Of a DNA stretch of 64,000 nucleotides, positions 24,020-37,412 are shown piece after piece. A model generated the notes under the pieces. That model searched no databases and had not been told where the DNA came from. It saw only the letters and a list, made by a program, of their open reading frames with translations. Source of the DNA: Heptranchias perlo (taxonomy: Eukaryota). Where the stretch lies: NCBI RefSeq assembly GCF_035084215.1, contig NC_090335.1, forward strand, positions 47,616,001-47,680,000, in the 5' to 3' direction. Positions within the stretch are counted from its first letter, which is position 1, and each line of letters starts with the position of its first letter. Both the position numbers and the translations under genes were made by a program.

Positions 24020-25722
24020 GGATGACAGTTTGGAGGACATGTGTGAAGCATTGTAAGGCTAGTGCTAGTGAATCTGCCTACCTGTTTAAGGCAGCAGAAT
24101 GATGTTCATCCTGAGTCTGAACGGCCATTGTCAGGGCCTGAATGGACTCATTTGTGAGCCGTGCTTGAAGCTCCATGGGGGCTAGCCTTGCCTCCATTGC
24201 AGACATTCCCGCAATTACCCGGGTCAGAGATGGCCTTACATCCCTTTGACGGTATCTTAGAGATTCCCTCCCGTATCTGCTACTGTTCCACTCATGCAGG
24301 AGTTGGACTCCTCCATCCTCTGCACGATTGTGGAGAGTGTGCGTGGCACCTGTTCCAGCACCTCGCCAATGTGCTGTTGCCCCTCGATCATTCTCATTTT
24401 AAAGGATGGCCCCCAGGGTTCAGCATCTGTGTCCAGCTGACCAGAGCCTGAAGAGGAGTGCTCCCACCGACGCAGACTCTCCACAGCTGCTCCTGCCACC
24501 AGTGTCTGCTCGTGCATGTGTGTGGTAACTCACCACGTGCGACCCCAACTAACTGCGGACTGGGACCCACCAAGGTGTGTGTGTCTGCGCTGGCGGATGG
24601 CTCGCTCAGATGTGACGGTGCACCCTCAGAGGCCAACAAGTCCTCTGAGGAATCGCCCTCTGCCGTTACAGCGGTTGCTGAAGGCCTTGTAAGAGAACAG
24701 AAGACAATATTAAACACATTCACGGATGTTGAGGTGCTGACAATGGCAAGACATGTTAACATCAATTCATAGTGTGTGTGCAGAATGTTAAAGTTCTGTC
24801 TCCCAACGTTTGTCAGGTGGCAGTTTCGGCAACCCCGACGGACAGGGACTCGAGGGTGAGGCTCAGCTCCAGTGTCGCCTGCTCTGGGTCTGTGAGCACG
24901 ACTATCTGTTACAGACCCCCTCCGGTCCTCGCCCTCTCCTGTGCATTCTGGGCTCTCTTCTATAAGGGGAGAAAGTACAGACGCATGAGTGAGTGATGGC
25001 GACGTGGCCAACCAATGAATGCATTGGTTTGGGTGCGGCTGACCATGAAAGAGATGCATCAGAGGGTGAGTATGAGACAGAGCCATGATATTGGATGAGG
25101 ATTGGGTTGAGTAGCTGTGGTAGGGTGAGTAATGGGAAGGTGAGGAAGTGCAGGTAAGTTGAGGATGAGCTTTGAGTGGGTGTGAGGAGTGATGTGACAG
25201 ATTAGTGTTGGTAGTGTAGAATGAGTTAGGGGGTGGAGGCGGTGATGTGGAAGATGGAATGTAGGAAAATGAATAAGTGAATTCACTTTTGCTGACCTAG
25301 TTAGGTCATTGAAGCGCTTCCTGCACTGGATCCAGGTGCAGGAGATGTTGCTGTAGTGACCTCCTCTACCACCTCGTGCCAGGCTGCCTTGGTGGCAGAG
25401 AGAGGCCACTTCCTCCCGTCCGCTGGGTAGAATACATCCATCCTGTTGCACCTGGAGTGAGGCTTCGTTGAATTTTGGAGCAATCTTTCCCCTGTGCTGT
25501 TCCATTGTGCTGTTTGGGTTTTTGCCCCAGGAGCAGCCAGTGGAGGACTGCCCCTTTAAATAGAGCTCCTCCAGCTGACAGCCTGTGATGCGGGTGCGCA
25601 GTCCGCCCGCTGCGCAGCTTTCCAACGGCAAACCTGGAAGCCACGTTAAGTGGCTCCAATTTACCCGCGATTGCATGGGGAACAGACAGATTTTATTGGG
25701 CGGGTTACCCACACGCCCAATC
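24020..25722 (-). mobile_element. Truncated Harbinger copy (Myb/SANT-like gene, exons 1-3 partial)
   Basis: Reverse-complement homologue of 35290-37060; MEQHRGKIAPKFNEASLQV..RKWPLSATKAAW..TWIQCRKRFNDLTR. Confidence 0.88.
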
Positions 25723-26120
25723 GCTCGATACAACATATGAACAAGACCATGGAGAGAGGATAGCCCTGCCTGACTCCAGATCTGATCGGAAAGCTCTCCG
25801 ACTCCCACCCGTTGATTAGGACTGCGCTATGGATGTCCGCGTAGAGCAGTCGGATCCAATCACAGATTCCCTCCCGAAAACCCATTTTGAGAGCACGTCC
25901 ATCATGTACGTGTGGGATATTCTGTCAAAGGCCTTCTCCTGGTCCAGGCTGAAGAGGCAGGTGTTCACCCTCCGGTCCTGCACATAGGCGATCATATCCC
26001 TGAGCAGTGCAAGGCAATCAGAGATCTTCCTGGTAGGTTCAGTACAGGTCTGATCCGGGTGGATCAGCCGCTCCAGAGCAGACTTGAGCCTGTTGGCGAT
26101 GGCCTTACACAGAATCTTGT
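25723..26120 (-). mobile_element. Tx1/L1-clade LINE RT fragment (downstream part)
   Basis: YKILCKAIANRLK..LDQEKAFDRISH..INGWESESFPIRSGVRQGYPLS. Confidence 0.85.
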
Positions 26121-29100
26121 AGAACCATAGAAAGATACAGCACAGAAGGGGGCCATTCGGCCCATCGTGTCTGCGCCAGCTCAAAGAACAACCAGGTGCC
26201 CATTCTAATCCCACCTTCCAGCACCCGGTCTGTAGCCCTGCAACTTACAGCACTTTAGGAGCAGGTCCAGGTACTTTTTAAAACAGTTGAGGGTCCCTGT
26301 CTCTACCACCAATTTGGGCAGCGAATTCCATACACCCACCACCCTCTGGGTAAAAAATTTTTTCCTCATGTCCCCTCTATTCCTTCTGCCAATCAGCTTA
26401 AATCTATGTCCTCTAGTTCTTGAACTCTCTGCTAGGGGCAACAGGTTCTTCCTGTCTATCAGGGCCCCTTATAATTTTGCACCCCTCAGCCTCCTCTGCT
26501 CCAAGGAAAACAACCCCAGCCTATCCAATCTCTCCTCGTAGCTGCAATTTTCAAGCCCAGGCAACGTTCTTGTAAATCTTCTCTGTACTCTCTCCGGAGC
26601 AATTACGTCCTTCCTGTAATGTGACCAGAACTACGCACAATACTCCAGCTGTGGCCTTACCAGCGTTTTATACAGTTCCATCATTACATCCCTGCTTTTG
26701 TATTCTATACCTTGGCTAATAACGGAGAGCATTCCATATGCCTTCTTCACAATCTTATCTACCTGTACTGCTACCTTCACTCCAAGGTCTCTCACTTCCT
26801 CTACCCCTCTCAATATATTCCCGTTTACTGCGTATTCCCTTTTACTGTTTGCCCTCACACTTCTCCGGGTTGAAATCCATTTGCCACTTTTCCGCCCGCT
26901 CCACCAACCCATTGATATCTTCTTGGAGTCTACAGCTATCTTCTTCACTATCAACTACACGGCTAATTTTTGTGTCGTCTGCAAATTTTCCAATCATGCC
27001 CGCTACATTCAAGTCGAAATCATTAATATACACCATAAACAGCAAGGGACCCAACACTGAGCCCTGTGGCACACCACTGGAAATGGATTTCTATTCGCAA
27101 AGACATCCATCAACTTTTACCCTTTGTTTCCTGTTACTTAGCCAATTTTGGATCCAATTCGCCACATTTCCCTGTATCCCATGGGCTTTTACCTTTCTGA
27201 CCAGTCTACCATGTGGGACCTTATCAAATGCCTTACTAAAATCCATGTAGACAATGCAGTACCATCATCAATCCTCCTTGTCACTTCCTCAAAGAATTTA
27301 ATCAGATTTGTAAGGCATGACATTCCCTGAACAAATCCATGCTGACTATCCCTGATTAAACCATGCCTTTCCAAGTGACAGTTTATCCTATCTCTCAGTA
27401 TTGATTCTAATAGTTTGCCCACCACCGAGGTAAGGCTGACTGGCCTATAATTGTTCGGCCTTTCCCTCGTACCCTTTTTAAACAATGGTATTACGTTTGC
27501 AGTCTTCCAGACATCCGGTACCTCCCTTATATCTAGTGAAGATTGGAAAATGATCCTCAGAGCATCTGCTATTTCCTCCCTGGCTTCCTTCAATAGCCTA
27601 GGAAACAATCCATCCGGCCCTGGTGACTTATCAACTTTCAAGGATTCCAGTTCCTCAAGTACTTCCTCTCTCGTTATGTTTACCTTATCCAATATTTCAC
27701 CACCTCTCCTCTTTAACTACTACGTCCGGATCATCCATTTCCTTTGTGAATAAGGAGACAAAATATTCATTTAAAACCCCACCAACATCCTCTGCTTCTA
27801 CACACAAGTCACCCTTATCATCCCTGATAGGCCCCACCTTTTCCTTAGCTATCCTCTTGTTCTTATGTACTGATAAAACATCTTTGGCTTTTCTTTAATC
27901 TTACTAGCTAATATTTTTTTTCATGCCCTCTCTTTGCTTTCCTTATTTACTTTTTTAGGCTTTCTGCAGTATTTAGTTTTCTGTGACAGTCATAAGTTTT
28001 CTTTTTCTGCTTTATCTTGCCCCGTATACTTCTAGACAACCAGGGGGCTCTAGATTTGGCAGTGCCACCCTTTTTCTTTGAAGGGACGTGTCTGCATTGT
28101 ACCTGTAGAATTTCACTTTTTAGTGCCTCCCACTGGCTTGTCACTGATTTCTCCTCAAGTAGTTGCGTCCAGTCCACTTCTGCCAAATCACCTCTTGGTT
28201 TTGTAAAATTTGCCTTCCCCCACTCCTGATTTAACTCTGTCCTTTTCCATAATAATGCTAAAAACTAACTGAATTGTGGCCATTATCCCCAATATGGTCA
28301 CCCACTGTCACTTCACCCATTTGCCCATCTTCATTTCCCAGGACGAAATCTAGAATTGCATCCCCTCTTGTTGGGCTTGTCACGTACTGGATAAAAAAGT
28401 TCTCCTGGACACCGATCAAGAATTTTGCGCCCTCTGTGCCCCTCACATTGTTTGAATCCCAGTTGATGTTAGGCTAATTGAAGTCCCCTACTATTATTGC
28501 CCTCTTATTTTTGCACTCAGAAATTTGCCTACATATTTCTTCTTCTATCTCCCTTTTGCTATTCGGGGGTCTATAGTACACTCATAGTAGTGTGACTGCC
28601 CCTTTTTTATTTCTTAGCTCAACCCTCGATTGATGATCCATTTAGCATATCATCCCTTCTCACAACTGTAAATGATTCTTTAACCAATAATGCTACCCCT
28701 CCTCCTTTTTTATCACCCAATCTATCCTGCCTGAAAACTCTATATCCAGGGATATTGAGCTGCCAATTATCCCCCTCTTTAAGCCAGCTTTCCGTTAAAG
28801 CAATGATATCATGCTGCCATGTGTCTATCTGTGCCCTTAGTTCATCTGCTTTGTTTGTAATACTCCTTGCATTGAAGTATATACCCTTTAATCCCGTCAA
28901 ATTCCTGTGCTGGACACTATTTAACCTTTGCTTCTTTTGCCTTTCTGAGTCGCTAACTACGTCACTAACTGCTTTTCTATCTCCCGTTTCCTGGTCTGAA
29001 TTTGTCTATCTGTACCTGCCCTTTGGTTTCCATCCCCCTGCCATACTAGTTTAAACCCTCCCCAACAGAACTAGCAAATGCCCCTGCGAGGATATTGGTC

Positions 29101-30520
29101 CCGGTTCTGCTTGGGTGAAACCCGTCCAGCTTGTACAGGTCCCGCCTTTCCCAGAATCGGTCCCAATGCCTCAGGAATTTAAACCCCTCCCTCCTACACC
29201 ATCTCTCAAGCCACGCATTCATGTGGTCTATTCTCCTATTTCTGCTCTTGCTAGCACATGGCACTGGGAGTAATCCTGAGATTACAACCTTAGAGGTCCT
29301 GCTTTTTAATTTATTTCCTAACTCCCTATGTTCTGCTTGCAGGACAACATCCCTTTTTTTACCGATGTCGTTGGTACCGATATGGACCACGACCTCTGGC
29401 TGTTCACCCTCCCCCTTCAGAATGTCCTGTAGCTGCTCCGTGACATCCTTGACCCTAGTACCAGGGAGGCAACATACCATCCTGGAGTCACGTCTGCGGC
29501 TGCAGAAACCCCTATCTGTTCCCCTTACGATGGAATGCCCTATCACAATTGCTCTCCCAATTTTTTTCCTCCCCTCCTGTGCAGCTGAGTCACTCGTGGT
29601 GCCGCTGTCTTGGCTCTTGCTGCTTTCCCCTGATAAGCCATCTCCCCCAACAATATCCAAAGCGGAATATCTGTTTGAGAGGGAGATGGCCCCAGGGCAC
29701 CCCTGCTCTACCTACCTAGTCCTTTTACTCTGCCTGGCGGTCACCCATTTCCTTTCTGCCTGCATAATCTTTACCTGCGGTATGACCACCTCACTGAACG
29801 TGCTATCCAAGATAATCTCAGCATCGTGGACGCTCCACAGTGAATCCACCCACAGCTCCAGCTCCGAAATGCGGTTAGCCAGTAGCTGCAGCTGGACACA
29901 CTTCCTGCACACATGGTCGCCAGGGACACCGGTAGTGTCCATGACTTCCCACATAGTGCAGGAGGAGCATATCACAGGTGCGAGCTCTGCTCCCATGATT
30001 TGCCTTAGATTAAGCTCGTTAGTTACTCCCTTTAAGGAGTTTACTCCTTTAAATTACTCTTTATTTAGCGAATGTTAACTACACTAGGGACCTTGATTCA
30101 CTAAAAAACGCTGCTTGCTATAAGACCTGCAGACCTTCCCTTTCTTTTTACTTTAGTCACTGCACTGTAGAATAGTAGAAATACTCACCTGAACCTACTT
30201 ACCAATCAGCTGCCTCCCCTGCGCCGCGTCACTTTTTCACTGGTGACGTCACCTCTGGAACTCCACCGCTGGTCTCAGTTTATCCGCCTCTGATCTCGCT
30301 TAGCTCAGCTCTCCCCCTCTCGGACCCTCCTTTATCCGCCTCCGATCTCGCTTAGCTCAGCTCCCTCGCTCTCGGACCCTCCTTTATCCCCCTCCGATCT
30401 CACTTAGCTCAGCTCCCTCGCTCTCGGACCCTCCTTTATCTACCTCCGATCTCACTTAGCTCAACTCCCCCGCACTCGGGCCCTCCTTTATCCGCCTCCG
30501 ATCTCGCTTAGCTCGGAGCT
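26121..30520 (-). mobile_element. Near full-length CR1 LINE: 5' UTR monomers, ORF1 (zinc finger/leucine zipper + SGNH esterase), ORF2 (APE-RT), decayed
   Basis: CSSCTMWE..HVCRKCVQL; VIGHSIVRG..HIGTND..DGFHP; YFNARSITNK..LTESWL; NYRPVSLTSVVGK; PQGSVLGP..KFADDTK; FFTQRVVGVWNSLP. Confidence 0.93.
30279..30514. repeat. 52-bp tandem repeat, ~4.5 copies, in the CR1 5' UTR
   Basis: TTTATCCGCCTCCGATCTCGCTTAGCTCAGCTCCCTCGCTCTCGGACCCTCC units starting at 30279, 30331, 30383, 30435 and 30487. Confidence 0.92.
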
Positions 30521-30850
30521 GACATTTTTGATTTCTTCCCTCTCCCCCTTCCGCTTGTAGATGAGGGTGATGATGCCTCTTTCCTCGTGCACTCTGACAT
30601 GCTGCCTGCCAGAACCATACCACTTCCAGTAGATCTGGGCCTATCCAGTCACAAAGAGCCGCTTCCGGGAGTTCTACTCTTCTCGAAGGATTGGACGGCC
30701 TTTGTCAGCTCGTCCAAGGTCAGTGCCCAATCCATGCTCTCCCGCTCGCTGTCCTCTAAGACTTCCATGATAGAGGACAGGAAGGATTGGGAGTCCATGC
30801 TGTCTGTGGGCTTTGCATCGTAAAGCTCAGCATAAAAAGATTTGCTTGGA
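30521..30850 (-). mobile_element. Tx1/L1-clade LINE RT fragment (upstream part)
   Basis: SFYAELY..LTLDELTKAVQSFEKSRTPG..IYKRKGEREEIKN. Confidence 0.85.
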
Positions 30851-32439
30851 GAAACCACTTTTGTAGGTAGACTGAGGTACCGCCTCGCCTATTTTACAGT
30901 GATGCCACTAAAGTCAGGACTGCCATAACTGAAACCACAATTAACTAATAGCAGCTCTTAAAAGGGTTTCATCTTTTACTCTTGTCTAAAGTTAAGATAT
31001 GGCAATAACATTTTTATTACAAAGAGTCTTCCAGATAAATATACAATGGAAACTATTTTGTTCTGAAAATGTAAACCAATTTGCAATCCCGATGAACATT
31101 AGACCTTAAAAGGGCTGTTGCCATCAAGTTCAACTCGTGTAAAAATCGGACTTTGACAATATTGGAATGATTGTGACCATTGCAGCACAACAAAAGTTAC
31201 TGACTCAAATCTGACCTTCATGTTTGTGCCAGGAATGAGAGCTGCTCAACATTCAACCCTAAAAAGTTTGAACATAATGTCAGAAGCTAAGCTTCTTGCA
31301 TCTTTCTCCTGATGTTGAATTTTGTCCCAGACAGTGTCATTGCCCGGACCGCTGTCACTTACATGGAATACACATTAAACTGATATTTTGGAACTCAGCC
31401 ATTGATTCTCCAGTATAACTTCTCCAGGTTTTCTGTGCACCCAGCACATGTCAGAAGTTATCCTCATCACAGTTATTGTTGGCTGGGAACTTATAGACAA
31501 AGTTAAAAACATTTGTGCAAAGAGTGACTATCTAGAAAGAGATATGGAGTAGAACACGATGGATCAGCTCTATTCTTCATAACAAATCGACAATTTTCAC
31601 TGGAGCCTATAATGTTTATCCAATGACTGGACCCAGCCAAATAATACACAAATAGCAAAAGCATCATTGAACTCTGTTTAATCTGTTTGTTGCATCAAAG
31701 TTTCATTCAATGAGCTCACATTGGTACAGATAGGAGCTGAGGCTGTGTAACAGCTACAAATGACTTCCGTGCAGCTTCGTGATGGCGGTAACCTGGGAAA
31801 CAACTGCACCTCTTAATGGCCGATTTCCAAGCTGTGCTTTACTTCACTTTCTGTTGTGATTGTCTTGAGCAAGGACTATTTAATATTTGATAGATATTTG
31901 TGAACAATCATGAGTTACATGTGTGAACATGAAATTCCCCAGGAAAATTTCTTAAGTTTCCCTTGAAATTTAAGAATGTTCCCATACAGCTATCCAACTC
32001 TTTCCTTTGACTCAGCTAAATGCTTAAAACTGTGTTTCACCACAATGAAGAGGAGTGATTGGTCTGTATTTTTGGCTGTTTAATTAGAATTTATACTGAA
32101 TTCACTGCTGCCAAATATTTTCAATGCCCATAATCGGAGCAAATTTAGTTTTTCAACAGGGCAAAAAGAAACAAAAGCAGTGTCTTCCTGTGTTTCCCCC
32201 TTTAGGGAAATTAAAGTGGTTGAAAGTCAAAGATTATGATTTAGATCTTGCTTTGCTGTGTTTAGCAGTATACTAGAAATTACATTGAATCCCCTTTCAT
32301 CCTCAAAAATAATCCCTAAATTCCTGTTCATCTTTTCCTGTTGGCCTTTCCCTGTTGGCCTTTCCATGTAGACAACTTAATTCATTGGTAGAAGACCGAG
32401 TGAGGGAGTATTGCCAATGACCAAACACATATGTTGAGT

Positions 32440-33055
32440 GGTGGGAGGATATCCCTCACGGGAGTTCAGTGTGAGGCCCAGGCCATTTTAACCCTCAGGC
32501 CTCATTTAAATAATCCAGGACAATCTCCCGGCCAAAACCAACGGGAATTACATCACGGCCAGTGAGATTGAGCAGAAATCGGTTCAGGAACCTGAGGATG
32601 CAGGGTACCAGAGGGAATGGTCCCTGGCATAAAGTTAACACTAGGCAGGGGCTTTAGCAGCTGATATACCAGCGCTGAGAGGGAGAGGGAGAGGAGAGGA
32701 GAGGCTGGGGTTGGGGAGGCCCAAGGGCCCTGCTGCTCCTGGCCCACAAGGATTCCACAGAAAAGTAATTTTTTTAGATTTTTGGCCCCTGAACAACTCT
32801 TGCGATTGTTCAGCTGTCGGGATTGGCCCGATTCCGGCCTCATGAAGTTAAAAAGCTGTCGCGGTGCTGATGATGTCATTGGGCTGCAATGTTTCAATTT
32901 AAAAAGTAGCCCCTCCCGTGCCCAAATTAAGGTAAGTGAAGATGGTGAGGGGCAGGAATGTGGTGCAATTTTCGCTCCCCTCCCCCCCCGGGCCAACCAC
33001 CATCTTAACCCCATGCCCACACTGTTCATGCCAGGCAGGGGGATTAAAATCTATC
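32440..33055. mobile_element. MITE-like non-autonomous DNA element (Harbinger-like ends)
   Basis: CCATTTTAAC..CCTCATTTAAAT, TTAAAATC end motif, shared core CTGCTCCTGGCCCACAA. Confidence 0.6.
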
Positions 33056-33364
33056 ATTTTTTTGCAAAATGTTGATTTCAGGAGATGGTTGTGGATGAAA
33101 GCCTAATCGTTTTAGAAACACTTCTTTAAAGCATCTTTCATTCTTTCTGTGTACACTTGGGAATGAGCTCAAGCAAAACACTGAAGCTTTAACTCATATG
33201 TGTTAACACTAAAAGTAGGCACCAGTGTCACAAAAAGTGACCCATTCTGCTCCACTTTTAAAAGGCTGAAGATATGGTTTGAATTAGATTTTAATCAGGT
33301 TTACAGTTTTTTCTGATGTATACTGGTTAAAAACTACATTTTAAGCACTATTTTTTCTGATTGT

Positions 33365-33920
33365 ACCTCCAGACTGGACTATTCCAATGCTCTCCTGGCT
33401 GGCCTCCCATCTTCCACCCTCCATAAACTTGAGCTCATCCAAAACTCTGCTGCCCTAACTCGTTCCAAGTCCCGTTCTCGCTGACCTACATTGGCTCCCA
33501 GTGTGGGAATGTCTCGATTTTAAAATTCTCATTCTTGTTTTCAAATCCCTCCGTGGCTTCACCCCTCCCTATCTCTGTAACCTCCTCCAGCCCTACAACC
33601 CTCCGAGATCTCTACGCTCCTCCAATTCTTGCCTCTTGCGCATCCTCGATTTTAGTCGCTCCACCATTGGCGCGGTGCCTTCAGCTGCCTAGGCCCTAAA
33701 CTCTGGAATTCCTTCCATAAATCTCTCCATCTCTCTACCTCGCTCTCCTCCTTTAAGAGGCTCCTTAAAACCTACCTCTTTGACCAAGCTTTTAGTCACC
33801 TGTCCTAATACCTCCTTATGTGGCTTGGTATCAAATTTTGTTTGATAACGTTCCAGTGAAGCGCCTTGGGATGTTTTACTATGTTAAAGGTGCTATATAA
33901 ATGCAAGTTGTTGTTGTTGA
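33365..33920 (+). mobile_element. L2 LINE 3' end
   Basis: [24 protein letters not shown]..; tail GGTGCTATATAAATGCAAGTTGTTGTTG. Confidence 0.85.
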
Positions 33921-35507
33921 TTCTAAATAATATTCAGCTAAAATTTAACCCTGCAATCAACAGGAACTAGTTGTGCCTCAGGTAGGCATTGCTGGACTGG
34001 CTAGCAATGATTCTTCAACCTGGTGAGTATATACATTAAATTTCCAAAATATGTCATATATCAACAAAATCCAATTAGAATGAAAGATAAACTCAATTTA
34101 GTAATGGAATGTATCAATGTATTGGTTTTAACCTTGTGGCTTAAAGGACATCATTATGCACATTCCAATCATTCCTCAAGCAATCTGGGCAGTCTAACAG
34201 CAGAAAATGGAAAAAGGAGAAACAAACTTCTCACTCTATTTTATGACTGAGAGTTTTTCCCACTCCTGTAATAACTTACACCGTGGATGGTTACCGGGAC
34301 ACTGCTTGTTTCAGGGAGAATGCAAGTAAAGAAAATCAGATCATTTCAGTTCCTGAGGGTGAAGAAGATGTGGCCCATGATTTTTAGGGATATCAGAATA
34401 CTACTTTTGCTTCCTTAGGCCTCACTACAAATCCAACTGAGGCAGACTTTAGCAACTTCAGATCTATTTGTTCCCGCCCGAATTCCCTTTCATATCCTCC
34501 CGTTGATGTTCCACCATTTTACTTTCCATTTTCAAGCCATTTTACCTACCTTTTGGCTTTCTAATGTCACTTCATGCCGCTGGAGTAAGATGACCTTGGT
34601 ATGTCATCTAGCAGTTATCACTTCTTTTAATCATTTATAATATCAGTTCATAGGCAATTAACACCTATAAAAGTCTTTATGAAAGCAGTTAGTATTCTGT
34701 ACTCTTAACCTTGACATCTATGTTTTGGTCAGTCCTATAAGGAAGCTTCACTAGCCTTTCTGTACCCATTCCAATGAAGGGTCTACATCTGAAACATTAA
34801 GCTGTCTTTTCACTTTCAGATGCAGTTGGACTTGCTGTGTATTCCCAGAAGTTTCTGCTTTTATTACAATCTGGTGATGCCACGTAATCTTGATGACATT
34901 TCTTGCCCGAGTATAAACAACCAAATATATATAATAAATATCTTGTGCCTGTAATATTGTTATGAGTATGTCAGTATGTCTGTAATACTGCAATGGGCTT
35001 ATGTGCTACTGACTTGTCCATGCTAGGTACATGATACCATGAACTAATCACACTCCCATGACAACATTACTGGTTTTATTTTTAAATTTCTATCTTAATA
35101 TGATTTCGAGTGACTTCCCTTTTTTTCTTCTATGCTTCCATCTCCTCACCAGTTCAGTCTCTCGGCTTTTCCCAATTCAAATCGTTCTTCCCCTCCAATT
35201 CCTTTACATACCGAGGTCCTGGCTTGTCCAGCCTCTATGTCTACAACATGGACCCCGATATTAGAATGGAGGCGGGATGGCAGCGGGCGGTGAATGGGCG
35301 CGCGGGTAACCCGACCAAGAACAAACATCCGTTTCCCACACGATCGCAATTCAATGGTGCCACTTAACGTGGCTTCCGGGTTTGCCATCTGAAAGCTGCG
35401 CAGCGGGCGGACTGCGCACCCGCATCACAGGCAGTCAGCCGGAGGAGCTCTATTTAAAGGGCCATTGCTCCAAAGGCTTTTGCTGCAGCAAAGACCCACA
35501 CACCACA

Positions 35508-37412
35508 ATGGAGCAACACATGGGCAAGGCTGCTCCAAGATTCAATGATGCCTCACTCCAGGTGCTACTGGATGGGGTGAAGAGGAGGGGGGATGTGTTT
35601 TACCCGGTGGATGCGAGGCAGTGCCCTGCCTCTGCCACCAAGAAGGCCTGGCTCGAGGTGGCAGAGGAGGTCACCAGCAGCAGCAACATCTCCCGCACCT
35701 GGATCCAGCGCAGGAAGAGCTTCAATGACCTAACTAGGCCAACCAAACTGAGTACAATTATTGATTCTCCTACATTCAGCCTTCCACATCACCGCCCCCA
35801 CCCCCCCAACTCACTCTGCACTGCCAACACTACTCTATCACATGACTCCTCACATCCACTAAGGCTCATCCTCAACTTACCTTCACTTCTTCAGCAATTC
35901 CTCACCTCCCCATTAGTCACCCCACCACTACCACTCACCCCAATCCTCATCCAATGTCATGGCTCTGTCTCATACTCACCTTCTGATGCATCTCTTTCAT
36001 GGTCAGCCGCACCCAATGCAATGCATTCATCGGTTGGCCACTTCACCATCACTCACTCACACGTCTGTACTTTCTCCTCTTATAGGAGAAGAGAGCGCAA
36101 AATGCATGGGAGAGGGCAAGGGCTGGAGAGGGCCACAACAAATCGTCATCTTCACAGAGGCAGAGCAGGAGACGCTGGAGCTCAGCTGAATCCTCGAGTG
36201 CCTGTCCGTCGGGGATGCCGAGACTGGCACCCAACAAACATTTGGTGACACAACTTTAACATTCATCACACACAATATGAATTGATGTTAACATGCCTTG
36301 CCATCTTCAGCACTTCAGTATGCTCATCGCAACATGACACATCTGTGATGATGCTTAATATTGCTTTCTATTCTCTTACAGAGCCTTCAGCGACTGCTGT
36401 GACAGCAGAGAGCGATTCCTCAGAGGACCTGCCGGCCTCTGAGGGGGCACCGTCACATCTTAGCGAGCCATCCACCAGCGCAGATACTCACACCTCGGTG
36501 CGTCCTAGTCCTCAGTTAGTTGGGTTGGCACCTGGTGAGTCACCACACACAAGTGAGCACGAGTAGACACTGGTGGCAGGGGCAACTGCGGAGAGTCCAT
36601 GTCAGTGGGCGCACTCCTCTCCAGCGTCTGCTCAGCTGGACGCAGATGCTGAACCCTGGGGGCCATCTTTTAAAAGGAGAATGATCAAGGGACAGCAGCA
36701 CATTTGTAATATACTGGAACATGTGCCACGGACACTCTCCACAATAGCGCAGAGAATGGAGGAGTCCAACTCCTGCATGAGTGGAATGGTGGCACAGGTA
36801 TGGGAGGTAATCTCTGAGATACTGTCACAGGGACGTGAGCAACTTTCTGAGATAGTGTCAAAGGTAAGTGCGGGAATGTCTGCGATGGAGAGAATGGGAG
36901 CCTCCATTGAGCTTCAAGCATGGCTCACAAATGAGTCCATTCAGGCCCTGACAACGGCCGTTCGGGCTCAGGATGAACAACATTCTGCCACCTTAAACAG
37001 GCAGACAGATACACTAGCACTGGCCTTACACGGCATCACACGTGTCCTCCAAACTACTGTCCAGCAGAGTGGTAGGAGTGATGTGGGCCTGGCCCAGGGG
37101 AGGGATGATGGTGAAAGGGGACATGGAAGTGGGGACGCCACTCAAAGCGCTCCCACGTCTCACCCGTTGCCCCCCTTTCAACCAATACCCGCAATGCTGC
37201 CTCCTCTTCAGGTGGCTGAGTCTGACCCTGCACAGGTGCAGGCGGAGCAGTCTTTGGACGGGCCCTCATGGGCACTGAAACTAATAAGGCGTCGGCCCAA
37301 AGCATCTAATCGGTCAGGGCATGAACAAGAGCAACCTGCCACTACCTCTGCTGCAGCCACAGGGGATGCAACACGTAGAAGTAGTCGGAAGAGAAAGGTG
37401 AAGGTTTTGTGA
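35508..37412 (+). pseudogene. Harbinger Myb/SANT-like DNA-binding protein gene (exons 35508-35747, 36086-36244, 36382-37412)
   Basis: MEQHMGKAAPRFNDASLQVLLDGV..AWLEVAEEV..RTWIQRRKSFNDL; donor 1 reads CT (GT in the paralogous copy); frameshift and stop in exon 2, stop at 36564; C-terminal RRSSRKRKVK. Confidence 0.8.

Noticed and set aside
29131-30078. 315-aa plus-strand ORF, the longest in the window
   Set aside because: It is the antisense shadow of CR1 ORF1 and shows no domain signature.
30279-30514. CRISPR-like array
   Set aside because: Head-to-tail near-identical units with no unique spacers, inside a vertebrate LINE 5' UTR.
35382-36248. 288-aa ORF as a single protein
   Set aside because: It reads through intron 1 of the Harbinger Myb gene; only 35508-35747 is the real frame.
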